Source: a virus
Taxonomy: Duplodnaviria > Caudoviricetes
Virus record (IMG/VR): IMGVR_UViG_3300020397_000579
Span: 1 to 25,843 of that record
Direction: 5' to 3' (one strand)
DNA length: 25,843 nt
The position numbers and the translations under genes are program-made. This document shows positions 7,360 through 13,972 of the stretch, one piece after another. How positions within the stretch are numbered: the first letter of the stretch is position 1; each line of letters starts with the position of its first letter. A model generated the notes under the pieces. That model made no database searches. It was given only the letters and a program-made list of their open reading frames with translations, and was not told where the DNA came from.

Positions 7360-8598
7360 TTAATTGCCCTCTTCTGCAAAAACATAATCTTTTCTGATAA
7401 CGCCCAAGGTTTCATCGCCTCTTGCATGGGATGAAATGAAAACTCTTGTTTTACCTACATTCGGGCCGCTACGAATTGGCCTTTTATAGTTCCTATAAAA
7501 ACCTCTGACCATGTGCCGCCTTTGCTTAACGCCTGTCTTTCCGTTTTCAGATTCGCTTTTTAGCGTCACGTTGGGTTTTATTTCCAGCAAATGATATTCA
7601 TAATGGGGATGTTTCTTCTGCTTCTTGGGAGAACGTGCCTCAACCTGTGCTGGTTTTTTGAAACCATGTTTGCTCTGGGTTGCTTGGCCCTCTTTTTTGA
7701 AATAGAGCATCTGGAAAAACTTATAAATTTTGACATGAAAATTTTGCAACATTCCAGAATTTCCCATTTCTTCCCCTGCCTTCAATATGTCCTCGCAAAT
7801 AGGAACGAACTGTTTTCCAATGGGGATGAATTGAATATCCATAGAACGAAAGGTTCCCTCTTGTTCCTTTGGAATATACCCAAAAAAAGGCAAAAACCTG
7901 AAGGCCGAATATCCGGTTTTTGGATTTTCAATGAAAATTGCTATTTCTATTTGAGTGCTTAACAGAAGCAGATCCATCGGATTTCCCTGTTTTGCGAAAG
8001 GAGATAAAAGCTCATCTTTTTCATTTTTGTCAATCCAATTATTTCGGAAGAAAAATAAAGTGTGGGCGATTAAAATCTCCCCTTTATGCGGAACACCCGA
8101 TTCATGATATTTGTCATCAAAAGGTTGGGCAAAATCTAAAAATACATTATCAAATGGAAGTGACATTGGTATTTCTTGATTCAATCCCAAAAGCTCCCTC
8201 CACTCCCAATCTTTCTCATCATCAACAGCACTCAATAATACTTCGTCTGTGAAAGATTTTTTATCTTGCGTATTACCCTCATGGTCTAGCAATATCTTGT
8301 TATAGTCGGGCTGGTGCATTTGAAACTTAAAACTCTTTCTCAACGATTCGGCACTTCCACCTATTAAATTACGCATCAAACGAATTAGCTCGTTGTTTAA
8401 AGTCTCCCCAGTTTCACCGATCCTCTGCAAATCTTCCTCATAGTCAGCATGGCCATGAAAAGGAAAAACATCTGACAGGCTTGCACTTGTTTGAATTTTG
8501 TTAGCTAGTGCCGTCCTAGAATTTAGCTTTTCCAGATTTTCCGCTACATCAAGCCATTGGTTATAGCCCTGACTGAATTTTTTAAAATGATCTTTCAT
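7360..8598 (-). CDS. Hypothetical 412-aa phage protein with basic C-terminal domain
   Basis: Long ORF, RBS AAGGGG; C-terminus RRHMVRGFYR...FISSHARGD..LG.I.KDY resembles a recurrent phage motif of unknown function. Confidence 0.8.
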   Translation of the reverse strand: MKDHFKKFSQGYNQWLDVAENLEKLNSRTALANKIQTSASLSDVFPFHGHADYEEDLQRIGETGETLNNELIRLMRNLIGGSAESLRKSFKFQMHQPDYNKILLDHEGNTQDKKSFTDEVLLSAVDDEKDWEWRELLGLNQEIPMSLPFDNVFLDFAQPFDDKYHESGVPHKGEILIAHTLFFFRNNWIDKNEKDELLSPFAKQGNPMDLLLLSTQIEIAIFIENPKTGYSAFRFLPFFGYIPKEQEGTFRSMDIQFIPIGKQFVPICEDILKAGEEMGNSGMLQNFHVKIYKFFQMLYFKKEGQATQSKHGFKKPAQVEARSPKKQKKHPHYEYHLLEIKPNVTLKSESENGKTGVKQRRHMVRGFYRNYKRPIRSGPNVGKTRVFISSHARGDETLGVIRKDYVFAEEGN

Positions 8599-8614
8599 TT
8601 TGGTTTTCCCCTTG

Positions 8615-8640
8615 AAAAAAAGGGGGGATCGCTCCCCCCT
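8615..8640 (-). terminator. Rho-independent terminator
   Basis: - strand AGGGGGGA-GCGA-TCCCCCCT followed by a T run, 5 nt after stop 8646. Confidence 0.85.
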
Positions 8641-8645
8641 GATAA

Positions 8646-9014
8646 TTAACCCGCAAGCCTTTCAAGTGCATCGGCTTTACCGTATGAGATTTTTTTTAAA
8701 TAGCAATAATAATCAAAATCTCCATTGGCTCCTTCGGCTTCCATGTCCATCTGGAGAGCTTGCCGAAAGTCTTTAGCTCCAATTTCAACCAGTTTGGCAA
8801 AACACTTTTTAAGGAGAATCCAATTTTTTACCCGCCGAATACAGGACTGTCTGTACTGTTCTTCATATTGGTCGCAAAGCGCACTATGAACTTTTTTAAG
8901 TTCGTCTAAAGGAAGATCATCGTATAGCCCGCGTGGACGAGACCCCCAAACGTCTTTGTGAAGATCGCTGATAAAGGTGAGTAACTCTGCTTTTTGTTCC
9001 ATTTCGTTTTCCAT
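8646..9014 (-). CDS. Hypothetical early protein
   Basis: Start reassigned to ATG 9014 (CAGGAAAAACAAAATG); ISDLHKDVWGSRPR motif; the longer track start at 9083 lies inside the ribozyme. Confidence 0.8.
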   Translation of the reverse strand: MENEMEQKAELLTFISDLHKDVWGSRPRGLYDDLPLDELKKVHSALCDQYEEQYRQSCIRRVKNWILLKKCFAKLVEIGAKDFRQALQMDMEAEGANGDFDYYCYLKKISYGKADALERLAG

Positions 9015-9030
9015 TTTGTTTTTCCTGTGT

Positions 9031-9091
9031 TGGTTTCCTAAGACCCTTGGGGTTTCGGCGGGGTAACCAGCCCCGCATCTCATCAGTTAGG
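9031..9091 (-). ncRNA. Type I hammerhead ribozyme
   Basis: CCUAA CUGAUGA G(AU)GCGGGG CUGGUUA CCCCGCC GAAA CCC CAA GGG UC^UUAGG AAACCA: full catalytic core, stems I-III, and loop II UGGUU complementary to 3' AACCA. Confidence 0.9.
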
Positions 9092-9103
9092 TCTATTTAT
9101 GGT

Positions 9104-9328
9104 TTATTTTCCATAAAGATTGATCCTTTCTCTTTCCAACCAATCTGAAATTGTCATGTTTTGTTCTTTTTCACTCATTGAGGCTAAATAAGCATCATGT
9201 TTGGGAGCTTGCTCAACCACACTGAATTTTCCAGTTTTTGAAAAAGAGATGATGTACTTTTTGCCATCTTTCAAAGATCGCAATCGTTTTAATTCTTTGT
9301 TTGCTTCGTGAATATTTTTAAAAGTCAT
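9104..9328 (-). CDS. Hypothetical early protein
   Basis: 74 aa, RBS CAGGGAAACAAAATG, directly after a promoter. Confidence 0.75.
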   Translation of the reverse strand: MTFKNIHEANKELKRLRSLKDGKKYIISFSKTGKFSVVEQAPKHDAYLASMSEKEQNMTISDWLERERINLYGK

Positions 9329-9361
9329 TTTGTTTCCCTGTTTCGTTAATGTATGAGAAGG

Positions 9362-9403
9362 ATTATCGGTGAAATAATATTATTAGTCAACCCCTTTTGG
9401 GTT
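9362..9403 (-). promoter_or_regulatory. Sigma70-type promoter with operator
   Basis: TTGACT(9390)-17-GATAAT(9367); perfect AACCC-CTTTT-GGGTT at 9389-9403 overlapping the -35. Confidence 0.75.
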
Positions 9404-9421
9404 AAATAATTAAAAAAAGTT

Positions 9422-9448
9422 AAAAAAAAGCCCTCTTTTTGAGGGCTT
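9422..9448 (-). terminator. Rho-independent terminator
   Basis: - strand AAGCCCTC-AAAAA-GAGGGCTT plus T run, downstream of the DUF932 gene. Confidence 0.85.
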
Positions 9449-9465
9449 AATTAGGGGGAAGGAAG

Positions 9466-10413
9466 TCAAGCCGCCCTTCTCAGCGGCTTAAAGAACTTCC
9501 TGATGTTATCTTCTCGCGTTTTTTTGATTGAGACAATGTTTTCGGAGTAAGACTCTCCGGCTGGTGCATGAGTGGCCCAATGAGTACAAGCGTTGTATAA
9601 GGCCCATTCATTTTGCCCCAGTTCCCTTCGGTTAGCGTTCCACTGATTCCACAAGTGAACTAATGCTGGCTTGTCCAAAAATCTCTTGGTAGTCAAAGTT
9701 TCAGTCAAAGGCTCATCGGTGGGAAGGTCTTTCAAGTTATACCCAGCAACCGTCCAAAGTTGTCTGAACGCTTCTTTGTCTGTGATGCTGTTTTCTCGCC
9801 ATTGTTTCCATCGCTCACCCTGAACGGTGAACTGCTTGATGCAATCGGAGATTTGCCAAGTTGCCTGTTCGTGATCTAACGACTTTGTGTGCCTCTTCTT
9901 GAAATGTGAAATCCAATCTATAGACACTTGACCATTCAAGCAAAGTTCTCTCAGTCCCCCCACAAAAGCGTTGAACGCCCAACTGCCATCCATGCTGTCG
10001 TAAATTCCAATCTGAGCTTGGGTACGGTCACCGTTGCCCATGTCAATGACGAGGGAAGGAATGGTATAAACAGCTTTCATACGCGCACCATCGTGAGAAA
10101 AACTGATGTCTCGCTTGAGACCATCCAAGTCAATTTCGGAGTAAAGCAAGGCTTGTTCAATAGCATTTACGCCAACGTCATATTGAGCCAGTTCAAAGTT
10201 TTTGAAATCCTGCTTGACTACGTTCACCACGTTTCCAGATTTCTCGTTGAAAATCACGGTGCGGTCTGAGGACTCCAGCCCTTTTATTATGCCGTTGTCT
10301 TTCTTCTGAAATTGCAATGGCGAAATCCCAAAGGTTGGAAGATTCGTTGGGCCAAGTTTGTTGATGGCTGATTGATTGTTGAAGTAAGGGTTGTTAAGAA
10401 TTTTTACTGACAT
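9466..10413 (-). CDS. DUF932 family protein
   Basis: SMDGSWAF.....G.R..CLNG...KRHTK...EWALYNA.T.WATH motifs. Confidence 0.85.
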   Translation of the reverse strand: MSVKILNNPYFNNQSAINKLGPTNLPTFGISPLQFQKKDNGIIKGLESSDRTVIFNEKSGNVVNVVKQDFKNFELAQYDVGVNAIEQALLYSEIDLDGLKRDISFSHDGARMKAVYTIPSLVIDMGNGDRTQAQIGIYDSMDGSWAFNAFVGGLRELCLNGQVSIDWISHFKKRHTKSLDHEQATWQISDCIKQFTVQGERWKQWRENSITDKEAFRQLWTVAGYNLKDLPTDEPLTETLTTKRFLDKPALVHLWNQWNANRRELGQNEWALYNACTHWATHAPAGESYSENIVSIKKTREDNIRKFFKPLRRAA

Positions 10414-10443
10414 TTTGTTTTCCTGTTTTTTGAATGTCCAGAA

Positions 10444-10485
10444 ATAATATTATCTAATGATTTTAATTGCAACCCCTTCTGGGAT
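10444..10485 (-). promoter_or_regulatory. Sigma70-type promoter with operator
   Basis: TTGCAA(10472)-17-TATTAT(10449); AACCC-CTTCT-GGGAT at 10471-10485 in the same register as at 9389. Confidence 0.7.
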
Positions 10486-10495
10486 TATTTTTCAA

Positions 10496-11023
10496 TTATT
10501 TTTTAAATGTCTGCCCTACCTGACCATCGCCATCTTCTGATTCAATGTTTTTTTCCACGATTGCTCTTGATTGAAACCCAAACCCCAATCGCAACTCCGG
10601 CGGGAAGCACCAGAGATGGTACTGATTCGCGGTGTTGACTAAATTGCTTTCTTTAGGATAGACCTCCACCGCATCCACTTCTTGTCCCACCAGTTCGTTT
10701 TTGATCGCTTGGAAATCTGCCCAAGACTTACATGGCCGCTTGTCTTTCCTCTTGATACTTAAGTGAGTTATCTTGTTTTTAAATTCGCCTTCTGCGAGAT
10801 CCGTTTGCCGATCTACAAAAACCATGTAGATTGAATTGGCATAAACTTCCAACGTCTCGTTGCGTTTTTCTTCTCTGAAAAAACTTTCTTTGATTTGCTC
10901 CAGCGTGAAGTTAACGTTGGTCTTTGAGTCGTTGAAGAATTTAATTGCTTGCGCTTCAACCGCTTCTTTTTTTCGGGGAGCAAGGGAAACTCGTTTGAGC
11001 TTCCCCCCTTTTAGTTGACTCAT
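10496..11023 (-). CDS. Conserved phage protein (DUF7694-like)
   Basis: HLSIKR.D......WADFQAIKNELVG....AVEVYP.ES.LVNTANQYHLW; ATG 11023 gives ATGA overlap with upstream stop. Confidence 0.75.
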   Translation of the reverse strand: MSQLKGGKLKRVSLAPRKKEAVEAQAIKFFNDSKTNVNFTLEQIKESFFREEKRNETLEVYANSIYMVFVDRQTDLAEGEFKNKITHLSIKRKDKRPCKSWADFQAIKNELVGQEVDAVEVYPKESNLVNTANQYHLWCFPPELRLGFGFQSRAIVEKNIESEDGDGQVGQTFKK

Positions 11024-11226
11024 AGTTGAAACTCCTTCCAGTCTACTCCTTTGCCAGTCAGAGAGAGTTTCAGCGGAGATCCGCAAGCGGCTTTGCGTCC
11101 CTTAGCCCACTTCCTGCCGATTGACGTTAGGTAACCCATGCGCCATCCATTGTCCCAGTAGGTGACGCAAGTGTGACCACGCCGTTTGATCTGTTTACTC
11201 GTTAAAATGTGTTTGCTTCTTTTCAT
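11020..11226 (-). CDS. Small basic hypothetical protein
   Basis: ATG 11226 after AAGGAAAACAAA; first gene after a promoter. Confidence 0.7.
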   Translation of the reverse strand: MKRSKHILTSKQIKRRGHTCVTYWDNGWRMGYLTSIGRKWAKGRKAACGSPLKLSLTGKGVDWKEFQL

Positions 11227-11258
11227 TTTGTTTTCCTTTATTTTTCTAACCAACCCCG

Positions 11259-11328
11259 ATTGTACAGGAGTTCTTTCTTAAAGTCAAACCCCTTGAGGGT
11301 TGACACCTTTTTAAAACTTCGCTATTCT
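11259..11328. promoter_or_regulatory. Back-to-back divergent promoters sharing one operator
   Basis: - strand TTGACT(11287)-17-TACAAT(11264); + strand TTGACA(11300)-17-TATTCT(11323); AACCC-CTTGA-GGGTT (11287-11301) bridges the two -35 boxes. Confidence 0.8.
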
Positions 11329-11357
11329 TCCCAAACAATTTGAAACAGGAAAAAAAA

Positions 11358-11531
11358 ATGAACACAAAAAACATAATCACAATTTCAATCATTCTTCTTA
11401 TCTTGGGGATTGTTGGAAACATGGATTTCCAAGATGAGTTAAATGAAGAGCGAATTTACCGCGACAATTTTTGTCAAGGAGTTCACCCCGATTATAAAAA
11501 TCTGAATCCAGATTGCGGGGGTGCGCAATGA
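11358..11531 (+). CDS. Small membrane-anchored hypothetical protein
   Basis: N-terminal hydrophobic stretch then GNMDFQD...C.G.HPDY.....C; RBS CAGGA. Confidence 0.7.
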   Translation: MNTKNIITISIILLILGIVGNMDFQDELNEERIYRDNFCQGVHPDYKNLNPDCGGAQ

Positions 11532-11902
11532 ACATGGAAGGATTGTTTGATTTGAAAATCGCGGAAATTGCGTTTCAAGAAATGTTGAAAGATTGGGGAA
11601 TATCTGAGGACGATTGTTTGGATCTTCTCTCATCAAAATGGCAAACTAGCGAAAAAGAGTTGGGGTTTGATTTGGCAAATGAAGCCTTGGCAAAAAGATA
11701 CGGCGTTTGTTGGTTGCTCCGGCGGGAAGTGGTTTGGCAAAAACTTGATGAAAAATTTTTGAGCAAGCATTGGTGTCACACTGATGAAATTTGGTTCGCT
11801 GAAAATTCAATGGGTGATCCGATTGGGTCAAAGAGTAGATGCCCCGAATGTGTAGATGCCAAAGAAAGACTCAACAAAATAGCAGGATTCTTGAAACACT
11901 AA
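11528..11902 (+). CDS. Hypothetical protein
   Basis: ATGA overlap with upstream gene; HWCH...CPEC could bind metal. Confidence 0.65.
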   Translation: MNMEGLFDLKIAEIAFQEMLKDWGISEDDCLDLLSSKWQTSEKELGFDLANEALAKRYGVCWLLRREVVWQKLDEKFLSKHWCHTDEIWFAENSMGDPIGSKSRCPECVDAKERLNKIAGFLKH

Positions 11903-12013
11903 ATCATCGTGCGGAGATTTCAAACTTCGCCCTGAGAGGTTGCCGTCAACCTTGCGATGGAAATGGCGGCACTTTCTCGCTAGAATTCTAATTTTCCAAT
12001 CAAGGCGAACAGC

Positions 12014-12166
12014 ATGGAAGATGAAGAAGTACGTCAATTTGTCAGACAGCTTGTTAGTTCAATCAGTGAAATTCAGATTGAGCTAAGAAACATTAGACTT
12101 TCTTTAGAAAAAATTAACGACTCAATTTCTGAGGGATTTTATCTTGATTGGGAAGAGGAAGAATGA
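12014..12166 (+). CDS. Small acidic coiled-coil protein (50 aa, not in track)
   Basis: MEDEEVRQFVRQLVSSISEIQIELRNIRLSLEKINDSISEGFYLDWEEEE, with AAGGCG upstream. Confidence 0.6.
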   Translation: MEDEEVRQFVRQLVSSISEIQIELRNIRLSLEKINDSISEGFYLDWEEEE

Positions 12167-12217
12167 TATTTTTAAAAACGCACGAATCTCCTATTTAGTG
12201 CAATCATGGATGTCACC

Positions 12218-12463
12218 TTATATGTGCCCCCCTTCTGGGGGGCTTTCTTTTTCAAAGGCATATTTGATGTTAAGTCCGGCCAAAGCGCATAACCTGTTCT
12301 TTTCGTCCATGCCCCTGTGGGATAACCCCAGAGTGCCGTCTGTCCCTTCATTGATAAGCTCTTCTGCTTTTGCCTGATCCTTGATCCAATCGGGTAGCTT
12401 TTCTCCGGCCATGACAGCGAGCAAGGTGGCGAGGCGTTTGGATTGGGTTTTGCTTAAAGCCAT
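12218..12463 (-). CDS. Hypothetical protein
   Basis: 81 aa, TAATG coupling to the lysozyme stop. Confidence 0.7.
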   Translation of the reverse strand: MALSKTQSKRLATLLAVMAGEKLPDWIKDQAKAEELINEGTDGTLGLSHRGMDEKNRLCALAGLNIKYAFEKESPPEGGHI

Positions 12464-12936
12464 TATTCTGAGAGAGCCGCCATTCTTGAACTAAGTCTTT
12501 TTGAGCGATTCGGCGTTTGCCTAGCCCACTTGGAATCAAGCATCTCTTCGCTTGCTCCCAGATAATCCTTATCTTCAATGCACTTCTTCATGGCTTTAAA
12601 CTTACTGACACCGCCAGTCCCCATTTGAAAAACCATGTTGATTAAAATGTGCTGAAGCTCATCGGTGAATTCATCAAAGTCATCATAAATGTGTCTGCAC
12701 CCTTCAATGGCGGTCATGATATCTTTTTCAAATAATTCTTCACATCGTTCTTCTGTGATGGTGTGAAACGAAGGGGCATCCCTGTCAGAGTCGTAGGCAA
12801 GCCAAGTGCTTTCTGGGTCGCTTTCCAAGAGTTTGTGCCCTATGCCTATCGTCAGATGATTTTGGCTACACAAATAAGGGGATAACCTCTTGCCTTCATC
12901 TGATGCAATCTCTTGATATAAAATTTTTAAATTCAT
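12463..12936 (-). CDS. Endolysin, T4-like lysozyme (GH24)
   Basis: EG.RL.PY.C.....TIGIGH (E-x8-C-x5-T triad), LINMVFQMG..G..KF..M, EMLDSKWA.QTPNR..R. Confidence 0.93.
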   Translation of the reverse strand: MNLKILYQEIASDEGKRLSPYLCSQNHLTIGIGHKLLESDPESTWLAYDSDRDAPSFHTITEERCEELFEKDIMTAIEGCRHIYDDFDEFTDELQHILINMVFQMGTGGVSKFKAMKKCIEDKDYLGASEEMLDSKWARQTPNRSKRLSSRMAALSE

Positions 12937-12992
12937 CTTCCATATTTTCCGATTAAGTAACCAACAATAAAAACTAAAGCTAATTCAATCAT
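12933..12992 (-). CDS. 19-aa hydrophobic micropeptide (putative)
   Basis: MIELALVFIVGYLIGKYGR; stop overlaps the lysozyme ATG (ATGA). Confidence 0.5.
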   Translation of the reverse strand: MIELALVFIVGYLIGKYGR

Positions 12993-13000
12993 CTGATGAT

Positions 13001-13023
13001 CCAGGATCTAAGTCATTGTTTTT
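13001..13023. repeat. 23-bp dispersed direct repeat, copy 2
   Basis: Identical to 3721-3743. Confidence 0.9.
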
Positions 13024-13038
13024 AAACAAGTTTTTATA

Positions 13039-13380
13039 TTATTTTCCGTTTCGCTTCTGATATGAATCTGCCCCAAAGTACACACTAACGATGCCCCCAA
13101 TCGTGAGGAAAAAAATTGAAGACATGGCACTGAGGTGTTTTCCACTATCTTCCAAGCCAAAAACAGAGCTTATCATCAGCAAGAGCGGGAACACCATCAA
13201 CGAGAAAAGCGAATACCAAACCATCTTCAGTTTAGAATCTTCTTTCTGATCCTGATTTCTTAGAAGCTCCAATCGGATAGCTCTTTCAGACTCCTCGTAT
13301 TCTTTCTGCGAAATAATATTGTCTCCGTTGGTGTCCATCTTAGAAAGTTCACTGTTTGGCTCTACCGTTTTATTTTCCAT
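13039..13380 (-). CDS. Two-TM membrane protein with EF-hand loop (holin candidate)
   Basis: DTNGDNIISQKE EF-hand-like loop, two hydrophobic helices, basic tail; within lysis cassette. Confidence 0.6.
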   Translation of the reverse strand: MENKTVEPNSELSKMDTNGDNIISQKEYEESERAIRLELLRNQDQKEDSKLKMVWYSLFSLMVFPLLLMISSVFGLEDSGKHLSAMSSIFFLTIGGIVSVYFGADSYQKRNGK

Positions 13381-13972
13381 TTTTTCGCGCCTCAAGCTCT
13401 TTTATGTAACTCATGTTCTGATAGTGGATCATCAAATGATCTTTTATAAATGAAGTTGGCTGACCAAATCTTTTGTTTGGTTTATGCCTTCGCATGAGCG
13501 GGGGAAGTAGAGGCACAATGTCTCTGCCGTGTCGGTACATTGTGACAGCGGTGTTGTCTAGTATTTTTAATCTTCCGCATCTTGGCGCACCAAAGGTCAC
13601 AATTTCGCTGGGGTAGAATTCATCTCGCACCATTAAAGCCCCAACGATCAACGCACACGCACCGCCTAAGCTGTGACCAGTTAAAATCATATCTTCCGGC
13701 TTGATCCCGCGAGTCCAACACTCAGACATTACCTTAGTGATTAATCGCTTGCTGGCTTTTAAAAATCCTGCTGGACACCATCCAAGCTCTTTCGTCCAGA
13801 GGGGAAAGATTCGCAAATCTCTCACGGCGTCCATCGGCTCATCAGTTCCGCGAAAAGCAATCACATTTCTATCAATAAAGACTTCAATGTTTGCTTCTTC
13901 AAACGTAGTGTCAAAATAAGCCCGATGGCAAATATCACTTATTTCCTGATGACTGATCTTCTTCTTTTTCAG
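13370..13972 (-). CDS. Class 3 lipase / alpha-beta hydrolase
   Basis: IAFRGT, GHSLGG, VTFGAPR, DIVP..P, DH motifs; frame open upstream to CTG 13972 preceded by AAGGAG (track start GTG 13864). Confidence 0.88.
   Translation of the reverse strand: MKKKKISHQEISDICHRAYFDTTFEEANIEVFIDRNVIAFRGTDEPMDAVRDLRIFPLWTKELGWCPAGFLKASKRLITKVMSECWTRGIKPEDMILTGHSLGGACALIVGALMVRDEFYPSEIVTFGAPRCGRLKILDNTAVTMYRHGRDIVPLLPPLMRRHKPNKRFGQPTSFIKDHLMIHYQNMSYIKELEARKNGK

Noticed and set aside
9015-9083. N-terminal extension of ORF 8646..9083
   Set aside because: The ATG is part of the hammerhead and has no RBS; ATG 9014 has the early-gene RBS.
11925-11985. Glycine-riboswitch-like words (CUCUCAGG, GCGAGA) on the - strand, and a second hammerhead on the + strand
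   Set aside because: GGAGA/CCGAAG elements not properly placed and no - strand gene downstream; the hammerhead reading lacks GAAA and a full CUGANGA.
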